IMG/VR virus record: IMGVR_UViG_3300010885_050383
Location: 1-64,000 of that record
DNA from: a virus
DNA: 64,000 nucleotides
Strand: one strand, 5' to 3'
The notes under the pieces: model-generated
What the model saw: the letters and a program-made list of their open reading frames with translations, nothing else
What the model was told of the DNA's origin: nothing
Databases searched by the model: none
Part shown: piece after piece, positions 39,150-48,954 of the stretch
Numbering within the stretch: the stretch's first letter is position 1
Layout: each line of letters begins with the position of its first letter
Program-made: the position numbers and the translations under genes

Positions 39150-40543
39150 TGTCTAAGAATTCCATACCAATTGATTTTGACTTATTAGAAAAAGTAATTA
39201 TTTTTAATGCACTTTCTGATAGTCTGTATTTAGAAAACATAATTGAGCATATAAGTCCTAGTTACTTTAAAGATAAACACATTAAAAATGTTATTGAATC
39301 TTTATTGCAATTTTTCAATGCTTTTAATAAAATTCCAAAAAACATAACGGAATTTAAAACTCACATAACAGATCCTGAAAAAAGAGATTCTCTCAAACAA
39401 GTTGCACAAAGTGTTTCTGACATTGATAAAAATTACGATAGAGAAATTCTTCTTAAGAACACAGAAAGATTTTTAAGAGAAAAAGCGGTTTTAAGCACTG
39501 TAATAAGAACTAATGTCGAAGTACAATCGGGTAGTATTAATACTGAAAAAATTTTAGAAGATTTTGATCAAGCATGTAATATTTCTTTAATCGAAAGCAT
39601 GGGTCATGATTACCTTGAAGAGATAGATAAACATTGCGAAGAGCTTCAAAAGACTACAAAGGTTATTTCTACGGGATGGAAATGGCTGAATGACAATATT
39701 GGAGGAGGATTTGCTGCTGAAGGTAAGGCTTTATATGTGTTTTATGGCGTTACAAACGTAGGTAAATCAATCTTTCTCGGTAATATTGCCACAAATATTT
39801 TGGCACAAGACAAAACAGTTGTTCTCTTAACTCTTGAAATGTCGGAACAAATGTATGCAGGTAGAATAAGTTCTCAACTATCGCAGATTCCTAGAAACGA
39901 TCTACCTCATAGCATTCAAGAATTAAAGAATAAAATCAATTCTTATAAAACGATACATAAGGATTCAAAACTTATTATTAAAGAATTTCCTCCTCAGATG
40001 GTAACACCACTGCAAATTAAGGTTTATCTTGAAAAATTAGTCAGAAAGGATGTTAAACCAGATGCGATTGTAATTGACTATTTAAATTTAATTGCACCTC
40101 CAGAAAGAGGTATGAATTCTTACGAATCTATCAAAAAAATTACTGAGTATATTAGAGCATTGTCTTATAAATTCGAGTGTCCAATCATTTCTGCCACTCA
40201 AACAAATCGTAGTGCTTACAACGAAGCAAAACCGGGGTTAGAAACTACTAGTGAGTCTATGGGTCTGGCACACACTGCGGATGCTCAATTTGCTATTTGG
40301 CAAGAAGCTGATGATATTGATCTAGGAATTATACGTTTATCTATTTCTAAAAATAGATTTGGAAAAAAGGGTGGGATCACAGAACTTTGTTTAGATTATC
40401 CCACTTTAACAATCAAAGATCCTTCAAATTCAATAGGACATTTTCCTTCAATGATTAAATCAGATCAAGTTATTAATGCCCCCCATACAATAGCTGATAC
40501 CTTAAATGCAATTGAAAATTTAGATATAAATAGTGACAAATGA
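39149..40543 (+). CDS. gp41: Replicative DnaB-like helicase gp41
   Basis: GVTNVGKS, TLEMSE, IKEFP, IDYLNL, SATQTNR, SESMGL, KNRFG. Confidence 0.95.
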   Translation: MSKNSIPIDFDLLEKVIIFNALSDSLYLENIIEHISPSYFKDKHIKNVIESLLQFFNAFNKIPKNITEFKTHITDPEKRDSLKQVAQSVSDIDKNYDREILLKNTERFLREKAVLSTVIRTNVEVQSGSINTEKILEDFDQACNISLIESMGHDYLEEIDKHCEELQKTTKVISTGWKWLNDNIGGGFAAEGKALYVFYGVTNVGKSIFLGNIATNILAQDKTVVLLTLEMSEQMYAGRISSQLSQIPRNDLPHSIQELKNKINSYKTIHKDSKLIIKEFPPQMVTPLQIKVYLEKLVRKDVKPDAIVIDYLNLIAPPERGMNSYESIKKITEYIRALSYKFECPIISATQTNRSAYNEAKPGLETTSESMGLAHTADAQFAIWQEADDIDLGIIRLSISKNRFGKKGGITELCLDYPTLTIKDPSNSIGHFPSMIKSDQVINAPHTIADTLNAIENLDINSDK

Positions 40544-40567
40544 CACTATCTTAATAAATAAAATACT

Positions 40568-41455
40568 ATGTCAGATTGTTATCATATTTATACCCACAAT
40601 GATTTAGATGGTGCGGTTAGTCTATTAACCTTCATGTGGAGCAAACCAAAAGATAGTTCATTTCAATATACTTCTATAACAAATTTAGGAATTGATAAAC
40701 TCAAAAAAGATATTGCTAATTCTCACAACCTTTCAAACATATATATCCTTGATTTAGGGTTAAGGGAAGATTTTTTACCAGAACTTGATCAACCCAATAT
40801 AACTATAATAGATCATCATAAATCATCTGAAAAATTTATAGATAGATTCAAACATGCAAAAATCTTATATAAAGAATACACTTCAAATGCTCTTTTTACC
40901 TACACTCTTTTTAAAGATACACTTAATTTAACCAAAGAACAAAAAACTTTAATTGCACTTGCAGATGATTTTGATTGTAATCGTTTAAAGTATGCAGATT
41001 CTCATTCTCTAAACCTTATTTTTTGGAATTTATACCAAAGTAATTTTAATGGTTTTATAAAAGATTATTATAATGGCTTTAAGCCCATCACACCACACCA
41101 ACAAAAAGCTATTAATTTTCTTAAAAAAGAAGCTGCTGCCGAAGCAGAAAAGGTTTCAATGTATTTTGGAAAAGTAGAAATAGATGGGAAAGATAAAATT
41201 GTGTATGCTGCGATGATGGATAAATCAGTAACCCAAGTGATGGAATTATTGATGGATAAATACAAGCCAGACATTTTTTTTGCTATAAATCCCAAGAGTC
41301 AAAAAGTTTCTATACGTCAATATAATACTGAAAATCCGATTGATCTTGGGAAGTTTGCTGAAAAATATTGCAAAGGTGGTGGTCATCCTAATGCCTCTGC
41401 TGGGATAATCACTCCTCTTTTCATGGAATTTACCAAAAATTTAAAACCTATATGA
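40568..41455 (+). CDS. DHH/DHHA1 phosphoesterase (NrnA/NrnB/RecJ superfamily)
   Basis: THNDLDG, ILDL, IDHH, GGGHPNASAG. Confidence 0.9.
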   Translation: MSDCYHIYTHNDLDGAVSLLTFMWSKPKDSSFQYTSITNLGIDKLKKDIANSHNLSNIYILDLGLREDFLPELDQPNITIIDHHKSSEKFIDRFKHAKILYKEYTSNALFTYTLFKDTLNLTKEQKTLIALADDFDCNRLKYADSHSLNLIFWNLYQSNFNGFIKDYYNGFKPITPHQQKAINFLKKEAAAEAEKVSMYFGKVEIDGKDKIVYAAMMDKSVTQVMELLMDKYKPDIFFAINPKSQKVSIRQYNTENPIDLGKFAEKYCKGGGHPNASAGIITPLFMEFTKNLKPI

Positions 41456-41763
41456 TTATAACTTCTTCTCAACAAATTCAAGATTCTGTCAACCCCTCAA
41501 ATGTTTTTGATTTGTCGGAATTTGAAGATATTACACTTAAATTCGGAGCTTTTGTGTGCATTTCAAAAAAGAAAAAATTTAATTTCTTGAATTTTTTAAA
41601 ACTTCTTATAGAAGATACAAGAACACAAAAAATTTATTTTGAATTGTTGGGAGAAAATAATTTACAAATGATAATTCGAGCTTATCTTGGAAGTACTCCG
41701 AATATTTACAAAAAGATTTTTAGATCAAAACACAATAAACAAACGAAAAAAACTAGTGAATAA
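41452..41763 (+). CDS. Hypothetical protein
   Basis: 103-aa ORF with ATGA coupling. Confidence 0.6.
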   Translation: MIITSSQQIQDSVNPSNVFDLSEFEDITLKFGAFVCISKKKKFNFLNFLKLLIEDTRTQKIYFELLGENNLQMIIRAYLGSTPNIYKKIFRSKHNKQTKKTSE

Positions 41764-42406
41764 TTTAACAAGACAAGAAGAAGCCATTTATAATGCTTTT
41801 CTCAAAGCTTACAGAAAAGGGCAACCCTTCCAACCAAGAAAAGATTTTTCTAAAATAAGTCCAACAATTTTGTTGTCTTTGAAAAAATTAAATGCTTTTT
41901 TTGGTAAGTTTAAACACATTACACCGAATGATTTTTTTTCTGCTCCTAATGTATTACATCCAGACGAGCCATGTCCTCCTATAGATTTTTTTATTACCAG
42001 AGCAGCTATAAGAGCATACTCTTTATCCATGAAAAAAAAGGAAGATGAATCGCCAGAAAAGCAAATGGATAAGATAAAAGAAAGTTTTCAGTTCCTCGCA
42101 AAATTTTGTTTTGACAATAAAATTCCACTGGAAAAATATTTGCAGTTTAAAATTTCAAACATGCCAATATGGATGCAACACTACAGGGAACATAAAGTAA
42201 ATCCTTACAGCCTCATGGAACTTGGTTCATTAGATACTTTTAAACTCCTTGCAGAAGATGAGAAGGCTCTTTGGGCAGGAAATTTTTTTGAAAATATCGA
42301 TTCTTATAAGATTAGATATTTTAATAGCCCAAAAACTAAAAATTTCGTAAGAGAAGCAACAAAAAAAGTTAAAGAATTTTTAAAAAAAGAGTTGCATTCT
42401 AAATAA
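41756..42406 (+). CDS. Hypothetical; positional candidate for gp59 helicase loader
   Basis: ~216-aa basic helical protein immediately upstream of gene 32; GTG start inferred. Confidence 0.45.
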   Translation: MNNLTRQEEAIYNAFLKAYRKGQPFQPRKDFSKISPTILLSLKKLNAFFGKFKHITPNDFFSAPNVLHPDEPCPPIDFFITRAAIRAYSLSMKKKEDESPEKQMDKIKESFQFLAKFCFDNKIPLEKYLQFKISNMPIWMQHYREHKVNPYSLMELGSLDTFKLLAEDEKALWAGNFFENIDSYKIRYFNSPKTKNFVREATKKVKEFLKKELHSK

Positions 42407-42428
42407 TTTAGATTAGTATATGAAAACT

Positions 42429-43307
42429 ATGAGTAAATACACAAACAACCTGTTCGAGTCTATTAAAGAAGCTCTTAACAAACAAACCAGTAACGATAAT
42501 TCATCTTATAAAGATGTTCTAAAGCTAGAAATTGGTAAGACCTATGTAGTAAGATTTGTGCCAAATGTAGCTAATCCAAATAGCACTATTGTTCATTACT
42601 TCAATCATATTTGGAAGAGTGTTTTAACCAATCAATTGGTTTCTACCCTTTGCCCATCTACATATGGTGAGCGTTGCCCCATTGATGAGTATCGTTCCAA
42701 GGTTTATAACACAAAAGATCAAAATAAGATTGATGCAATTAAACCTATTCGTCGTGATGAAAAGTGGCTTGCCAATGTTTATGTTGTCAAAGACCCATCA
42801 AATCCAGAAAATCAGGGTCAGGTAAAAATTCTCCGTTTTGGTAAACAGATTTTCAACATTATCCAAGAAGCAATTGCTGGAGAAGATGCTGAAGAGCTTG
42901 GTGCTAGGATTTTTGACCTTTCTGACAAAGGATGCAACCTTCGTATCAAGGTTGAAGAGAACGATGGTGGATATGCAAAGTATACTATGTCGAGGTTTAT
43001 GTCCCCTTCAGCACTTGAGGGAGCACCAGATGTAGATGAAATCTATGCGGCTTGTAAGAATCTTGAATCTCTTCAAGAGCACAAGAGTTACGATGAGATT
43101 AAAAAACTTCTCAATGTCCACTTTTTGGGCGAAGAAGAAGAAGCTCCTGTTGCTCATAATCATACTGTAGATGAGGATCTTGAGGAAGATTATGTTGCCC
43201 CACAAAAACCAAAAGGTCTTCTTTCTGAAGAAGAAGATGATGTTTTTACAGATGTTAAATTATCTGATATTGACACCGATCTCGAAGATATTTTCAAATC
43301 TGCCTAA
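42429..43307 (+). CDS. gp32: Single-stranded DNA-binding protein gp32
   Basis: VRFVP, CPSTYGERCPI, ANVYVVKDPSNPENQGQVKILRFGKQI, acidic C-tail; TTGCAT-N16-TAGTAT upstream. Confidence 0.93.
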   Translation: MSKYTNNLFESIKEALNKQTSNDNSSYKDVLKLEIGKTYVVRFVPNVANPNSTIVHYFNHIWKSVLTNQLVSTLCPSTYGERCPIDEYRSKVYNTKDQNKIDAIKPIRRDEKWLANVYVVKDPSNPENQGQVKILRFGKQIFNIIQEAIAGEDAEELGARIFDLSDKGCNLRIKVEENDGGYAKYTMSRFMSPSALEGAPDVDEIYAACKNLESLQEHKSYDEIKKLLNVHFLGEEEEAPVAHNHTVDEDLEEDYVAPQKPKGLLSEEEDDVFTDVKLSDIDTDLEDIFKSA

Positions 43308-43311
43308 AAAA

Positions 43312-44139
43312 ATGCCAAGGATTAAATCAGAAGAGGAATTGCCAGACTCCAGAAATATTCTGGACACCTTTCCCAAGGATCTTGTTCCAAGCATTGGTTA
43401 TAAGAATATTGTAATTCCTCTTTTGATTCCTAGTGCAATCAAAGGAAAAGGTATTCCCACGATAGGAAAAGTTAGTGTATCTTGTGATATGACACAAGAT
43501 ATGAAAGGATCATTAATAAATCATCAGCGTTCTGCAATTGAAGGTCTTAAAGATTCGGAAGGAACCATACCTACTTTTGTAAACAATATTTTAGAGCATA
43601 TTGAAAATCAATTTGGTGCTAGAAACGGAGAAGTTACTGTAGAATATACTCTTCTACGGAAGAAAACTTCTCCAGTTTCCAAAACTGAATCTTGGGTAGA
43701 AAGTAATGCTTCTTATATAGGAAAACTTGTAAATGGTAACAAAAGATTTTATACTTCAGTTACTGGGTATTATACTTCTCTCTGTCCTAGATCAAAGGAG
43801 ATTAGTGATTATGGAGCACATAGCCAACTTTCTTCTGCTACGATTACAGTAGAACATGGTTCTGAAGACATTATTCATAATGTTCTTTTTGATTTAATCG
43901 ATAAAGCAGGATCATCTGAAATTTATAATGTAATTTCAGATTTAGATGAGTCATATATTACAGAGCAAATGTATGAAAATCCTGTATATGTCGAAGATGT
44001 CGTTCGTAAAATTGCAGTTGACTTAATCGGAACTTTAAGTAATATAGTTAAAGATTATTTGATTGAAGCAAATCACTATGAATCCGTTCATACTAATGTT
44101 GCAACAGCAAGTATCAACGCAGGAAAAGAACTTAAATAA
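43312..44139 (+). CDS. folE2: GTP cyclohydrolase IB (FolE2)-like protein, divergent
   Basis: KKTSPVS, TSLCPRSKEISDYGAHSQ, DE.YITEQMYENPVYVEDVVR, YESVH. Confidence 0.8.
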   Translation: MPRIKSEEELPDSRNILDTFPKDLVPSIGYKNIVIPLLIPSAIKGKGIPTIGKVSVSCDMTQDMKGSLINHQRSAIEGLKDSEGTIPTFVNNILEHIENQFGARNGEVTVEYTLLRKKTSPVSKTESWVESNASYIGKLVNGNKRFYTSVTGYYTSLCPRSKEISDYGAHSQLSSATITVEHGSEDIIHNVLFDLIDKAGSSEIYNVISDLDESYITEQMYENPVYVEDVVRKIAVDLIGTLSNIVKDYLIEANHYESVHTNVATASINAGKELK

Positions 44140-44141
44140 TT

Positions 44142-44651
44142 ATGAGCAATAAATCAGAAGCATATGATGTAGCAATGTTGGCTGGCCTTGTCAGTTCAAA
44201 TCTTAGCCATGTTGAAAAAAACATGGTAGATCCTACTCGTGCGGTCAATAAAATCGATATGAATAGGTTTGTAGCACCCTTGGTTGGAACTGGTCAGCAA
44301 CCCCAACGTTTTGGTAATTCGTATGAAGAAGGAGTTACACCATTAATGCGTAAAGCTATGGAAGATTCTTTAAGGGAGGCATCAATGATACCAGAGCCTA
44401 TAAACCCCAATAAGCCAAACATTATTCCTCAAATACCAACTCATTTACCTCCACAAATGGAAGCTCCAATTCCTCCAATGTTACCAAAACTTGGTACACA
44501 ACCTGTTGCTGCTTCTATTTCAAATGAAGATATTCAGATTATCAAAAGTCAACTGGAAAAAATTAATACAAATCTTACCAAGATGGCTGGTATGTTTGGC
44601 AAAGTATTTGCATCACTGACAACCCAAACTACAGTTAAAAATGGAAAATAA
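44142..44651 (+). CDS. Hypothetical Pro-rich protein with C-terminal coiled coil
   Basis: 169-aa ORF in operon. Confidence 0.6.
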   Translation: MSNKSEAYDVAMLAGLVSSNLSHVEKNMVDPTRAVNKIDMNRFVAPLVGTGQQPQRFGNSYEEGVTPLMRKAMEDSLREASMIPEPINPNKPNIIPQIPTHLPPQMEAPIPPMLPKLGTQPVAASISNEDIQIIKSQLEKINTNLTKMAGMFGKVFASLTTQTTVKNGK

Positions 44652-45396
44652 TCTTATTAAGGTTCCAAAACAATATTTAGAAAAAATTTTAAAACCAGTT
44701 AATAGATTAACCGAAAGTTGTGTTTTAAAAATTAAATCTGAAAGCCTATACAGTATTTGTTCTTCTGCTGATAATACTGTTATTTTATATGCAAGCGTAA
44801 AACTTCCAGAAAAAACTGAAACTCTTGCAAGGCTTAATATTATTAGCATTAAAAAACTTCTTTCTGGTTTGCATTGTTTGGGTGATAGGGATGATTTTTC
44901 CATAGAACATCATACAAATCATATTATTTGTTCAAACATAGATCAAAAAGGTAATAAAGCACACTTCAAATATCATCTAGTGGATGATACAATTGTTCGT
45001 GAATGCCCTGTAAATATTAATAAAATATCAAATCTTAATTTTGATACAATATTTGTTTTAACAAAAGATAAAATTAAGCAAATCTTGTCTGGATATGCTT
45101 TTGCTTCTGATACTTCAAAGGTATATTTTTCTACCAAAGATGGAAACGTATATGTAGAACTTGATGATAAAACATTACAGAACGTGGATAATATTACTAT
45201 TCATGTAAATGATTCTTTCGAGGGAGAACCTATTTCTATTGCCATACCAATTCCTTCTGAAATATTTAAAAATCTTGCAACATGCAAGACTGATGTACTT
45301 GTAAAAGTAAACTCTAAACATAAAGTTTTTATTTTTCAGAATAAAGAAGATAGTGATGTAGAATTAAAATATATTATATCAGCACTTGTAAAATAG
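44641..45396 (+). CDS. gp45: DNA sliding clamp (gp45-like)
   Basis: 251 aa with PCNA-like alternating pattern, KYHLVDDTIV linker, C-terminal LKYIISALVK. Confidence 0.7.
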   Translation: MENNLIKVPKQYLEKILKPVNRLTESCVLKIKSESLYSICSSADNTVILYASVKLPEKTETLARLNIISIKKLLSGLHCLGDRDDFSIEHHTNHIICSNIDQKGNKAHFKYHLVDDTIVRECPVNINKISNLNFDTIFVLTKDKIKQILSGYAFASDTSKVYFSTKDGNVYVELDDKTLQNVDNITIHVNDSFEGEPISIAIPIPSEIFKNLATCKTDVLVKVNSKHKVFIFQNKEDSDVELKYIISALVK

Positions 45397-45417
45397 AAAC
45401 CTCAAATAAATAGTTGC

Positions 45418-45741
45418 ATGGCAAAGAATAAAATAACAACTAGTAGCTATTTCATCAAACGTTTAAGAGACAGTGGATATGTAGCAGATAAAGTATTCAA
45501 TGACTTTTCTTATACAGATCCGAGAAGTTGGGTAGTCGTAGTAGACCCCACGGTTTCTTCTGTTCTTATCACTTGCTTCAACAATCATAATGAAATGGGA
45601 GAAGAATATTTTGAAATGCATGATGGTGGTCAATTTATTCCAGAAAGATTTAAAATTAAAACTAGTTCTATCGAAGTTATTATCGAATATTTGGTAAAAT
45701 TTGGTATTAATAATAAAGCTTCAACCTATGTCGGAGCCTAA
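45418..45741 (+). CDS. Hypothetical protein
   Basis: 107-aa ORF, TAAATA 5 nt upstream. Confidence 0.65.
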   Translation: MAKNKITTSSYFIKRLRDSGYVADKVFNDFSYTDPRSWVVVVDPTVSSVLITCFNNHNEMGEEYFEMHDGGQFIPERFKIKTSSIEVIIEYLVKFGINNKASTYVGA

Positions 45742-46123
45742 AAAAAAATCTAGAAAAAATAATACTGTTCCCTCTTTATCTTCTGTAAAAGTACAGAGTA
45801 ATAATGAAGAACAAGAAGCTTTGGATAAAATAAAAGCTACTATTTTTTCTGCTATAAACAACAACGAACTCGAAAAAGCAATGGATTCTTGGTTGAAAAA
45901 CCAAAACACAGAAAACAAAATTGCTTTGAGAGATTTATCTATTTTAAAAACTTCTATATTAGAGTTTTTGGATGCTTTTTTGTTGTTTGGTTATGATTTG
46001 AAAGGTAATCGTATATTGATACAGAATTTTAACAATGCAAGAGATAGAGATGCTGTTATGGAATTCTTAAAAACTATCTTCATAAAACAACAACAAGATA
46101 GTTTTTTAGATGGTGACGAATAA
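45728..46123 (+). CDS. Hypothetical protein
   Basis: Start placed at MSEP, overlapping upstream gene. Confidence 0.6.
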   Translation: MSEPKKKSRKNNTVPSLSSVKVQSNNEEQEALDKIKATIFSAINNNELEKAMDSWLKNQNTENKIALRDLSILKTSILEFLDAFLLFGYDLKGNRILIQNFNNARDRDAVMEFLKTIFIKQQQDSFLDGDE

Positions 46124-46131
46124 TTAGTTAT

Positions 46132-46947
46132 ATGAATAATATAACAACTAATCCAGATGGAAGCGTAGCATCTGTTAATGGATTTGATTTTAATCAAAAT
46201 TTAATTCAATCGGATTTTTTAGGTTTAAATAGTAGTTTCCCTACTGTAACTTCAAACCCTGCAACATTTGATTCTAATAAATTAGTAGCAGATCTAGCAT
46301 ATGCAGTAGGACAAGACAATTGGAATGGCTTTATAAGAAACGATCCTCTTACTATTCCAGAAGTTAATGTTCCCCCATCTTATTTTGCTGGAAGTGGAGA
46401 TCCTAGATACCCTATGGATGTAGCCATGCAAGATGTATATAATGTATTTTTACCTCGTTTACAGGCTTATACAGAGTTATTAAATGCAGGGGGCTGTCAG
46501 ATAATAAACAACTATATCTGTGATTCCGATGGAGTACCGATAGTTCAAACTTCTTCCACATGCAGCCTTTCAGGATCGATAGAAACTCTTAAAATACAAC
46601 CACAGCAAGTATTAGATTTTGTTAAAACCTCAATTTCTGCCAACAGACAATCACAGTCAGATGCTTTTGTAGATTATTTAAATAGTACTTATGTAGACAA
46701 AGGATTCACAATAACATTGTTGGAATATGATTATCTTTTTAATTTCGTAGTAAAAGTATCAAAACCTCAAAATCCTACTGTTTATTTAAAGTATTTTTAT
46801 GATCAGAAAGATTATATTTCCTCACAATTAAATATTGCTTTGACATTAAAGAATCTTGGTGATCCTGTTATAGATAGTGGAGAAAGTTCGATAGATTTTA
46901 TAAAAGCCATGCAACAACAGCCAATGCTTTTTACACTTAACAGTTAA
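46132..46947 (+). CDS. Hypothetical protein (virion-like composition)
   Basis: 271 aa, N/S/T-rich. Confidence 0.6.
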   Translation: MNNITTNPDGSVASVNGFDFNQNLIQSDFLGLNSSFPTVTSNPATFDSNKLVADLAYAVGQDNWNGFIRNDPLTIPEVNVPPSYFAGSGDPRYPMDVAMQDVYNVFLPRLQAYTELLNAGGCQIINNYICDSDGVPIVQTSSTCSLSGSIETLKIQPQQVLDFVKTSISANRQSQSDAFVDYLNSTYVDKGFTITLLEYDYLFNFVVKVSKPQNPTVYLKYFYDQKDYISSQLNIALTLKNLGDPVIDSGESSIDFIKAMQQQPMLFTLNS

Positions 46948-48937
46948 TACTGCTGAGACTAGGAACATGATTTCCTGTATCTTTGGCAACTCTATAACTT
47001 AAATCTGGAGCTGGATAAATTGAACCATCTGGATTTCTTGTAACTGTGGTTGTCACGAAATTTCCTCCATTAAAAGCATCATCACTATTAATTCCATATT
47101 TTTCGTTACGTTGTTTAGTAAATAAACCACCACCACCACAACCACCAGCCCAAGACTTTGCTCCGGGGCTGTACCATGTACCATTTGTAGGTGCTGGTGT
47201 AGGTGAAGGATTTCCACAAGACCTACCCTGCCCTGCTCCTGAAGCTTGTTTATAATAACCACCTCTTGGAACATCAGCCTCGTGCGTGTGATCCATAGGA
47301 GGAATTGTATGATTATGGGGATAATTCCAAATAACACCAGTGCATACTCCACCATAACTATCCAGCCCATAAAATATTCCAGTACTACCAAGAGGAGTTA
47401 ATCCAATATCTATTGGTAATGACATCATTGCCAAATTATAAGCTTCCATAGCAAGAGTAGTTATTCCATATTTTGTTGCCACTAAATTAAGCTGGCAAGC
47501 CATGTTTAAAACTTTTAAATCAAGGTTTGAAGCATTTAATGCATCTGCACCATAACTCCAATTTGCATGATGAGTCATGAAACTATCTGTTCCATTTAAA
47601 GTAACGGGTGCTCTCATACTTGGACAGTTTATATAGTTTACATTTAATGCACCATCAAGAGTTAAAGACCCCAACATGGCAGAATCTCCATTAACATTAA
47701 AAGATCCACGCACATAGGTATGCTTGGAATCAATGCAAACTCCACTTTCTCCAGTTTTTGGATCAGCAGAAATTAAAACATTAGACCCTCCGATAGTTGT
47801 TAAATTACTGGAAGTCAGAGAAACCTCTCCCTGCGAACCATTGATATGAACAGACCCACCTTTCATAGCAATTTCTCCAGTAGACATGAAATCCATTCCA
47901 TTATTACCAGAAGTAATCATAAGATTATTTTGGATATTCATCATTAAGTTTCCTAAATGAGATTGTGGAGGAGGGTGATATGTTACAACCTGACAATTTC
48001 CTTCGGTAGTGACTCTAAGTTTATTCCTTAAAGAATCTGAAGGTCTTAAATTCATTGGAAATGAATGATATGTATTTTCATGTTTTACATAAGGAATTTG
48101 AGAAGGAACTCCTTGGGGATCACCAAAAACATAGTGCTGACCATGTGCATTTATTATGGGACTTGATGAATTTTCTTTAAGAGTTTTAGTAAGATTATTC
48201 ATTGTCTCTGCAATACTATCCATTTCTCTTTTTATAGCTTCTTCACCCGCAGCCATTTTTGTAGCTAATCCATTTTTTAAACCACCATCACAGCCCGGAC
48301 CACAACCTTTGCCATTGTTTAAATCTAAATTAGTTTTTACTCCCATTAAAGGAACATAAATTTTCGTAACTGCAAATCTTAAAACTCCTAGTGGCCCTTG
48401 CATCCAAGGAATATTACTAAATGTTGATATTATTCTGTCTAAAATAACATTCCAAGGGTCGCTTTTATCATCAACCAAATGTTTTTGAGCACAATTTGGA
48501 CATGTTACTTTTTCAGCGGGTGTTTTTTTAATAGCATCTAATGATGAATTATATGCTTGATTTAAAAGATTGGTATATTGTTGATTTTTTTCGGTTTCAT
48601 CACTATCAATATTTCCATTTATTTCAGTTTTACCATTTTGGTTATATGTGGCATTACCATCTGAAGTGGTAGTCTGTATTCTGTGTGCAGTTGTATGAAT
48701 TTCATTGGTAGCATTTATAGTAACATTACCATGCCCAGACAAAGTAATATTACCATGCATTATTCTAATCAAAGTTTTCCATGCATTTTGCCAGATAGAA
48801 TATGATCTATCATCTGGAGTTGTTGCTCCATTAGGATTTCCGACTTTGCTATCAACAAAAGCAATACCACTATCTCTGGATGCAATTACATTGGTGCTTT
48901 GTTGAGAATTTTTAGTAATTTCTTGACTACTTGGCAT
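46937..48937 (-). CDS. Baseplate central spike, gp5 C-terminal-like (beta-helix/prism with HxH apex)
   Basis: Directly downstream of the gp5 OB gene; repetitive beta strands (GNITLSGHGNVTINATNEIH; GEIAMKGGSVHING; VRGSFNVNGD); HNH..HTH motif. Confidence 0.6.
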   Translation of the reverse strand: MPSSQEITKNSQQSTNVIASRDSGIAFVDSKVGNPNGATTPDDRSYSIWQNAWKTLIRIMHGNITLSGHGNVTINATNEIHTTAHRIQTTTSDGNATYNQNGKTEINGNIDSDETEKNQQYTNLLNQAYNSSLDAIKKTPAEKVTCPNCAQKHLVDDKSDPWNVILDRIISTFSNIPWMQGPLGVLRFAVTKIYVPLMGVKTNLDLNNGKGCGPGCDGGLKNGLATKMAAGEEAIKREMDSIAETMNNLTKTLKENSSSPIINAHGQHYVFGDPQGVPSQIPYVKHENTYHSFPMNLRPSDSLRNKLRVTTEGNCQVVTYHPPPQSHLGNLMMNIQNNLMITSGNNGMDFMSTGEIAMKGGSVHINGSQGEVSLTSSNLTTIGGSNVLISADPKTGESGVCIDSKHTYVRGSFNVNGDSAMLGSLTLDGALNVNYINCPSMRAPVTLNGTDSFMTHHANWSYGADALNASNLDLKVLNMACQLNLVATKYGITTLAMEAYNLAMMSLPIDIGLTPLGSTGIFYGLDSYGGVCTGVIWNYPHNHTIPPMDHTHEADVPRGGYYKQASGAGQGRSCGNPSPTPAPTNGTWYSPGAKSWAGGCGGGGLFTKQRNEKYGINSDDAFNGGNFVTTTVTRNPDGSIYPAPDLSYRVAKDTGNHVPSLSSINC

Positions 48938-48954
48938 ATATTTTATTTACTTGA

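Noticed and set aside
43312-44139. Complete 7-deazaguanine DNA modification system
   Set aside because: No queD, queE, queC or dpdA in the window, and FolE2 motifs are degenerate
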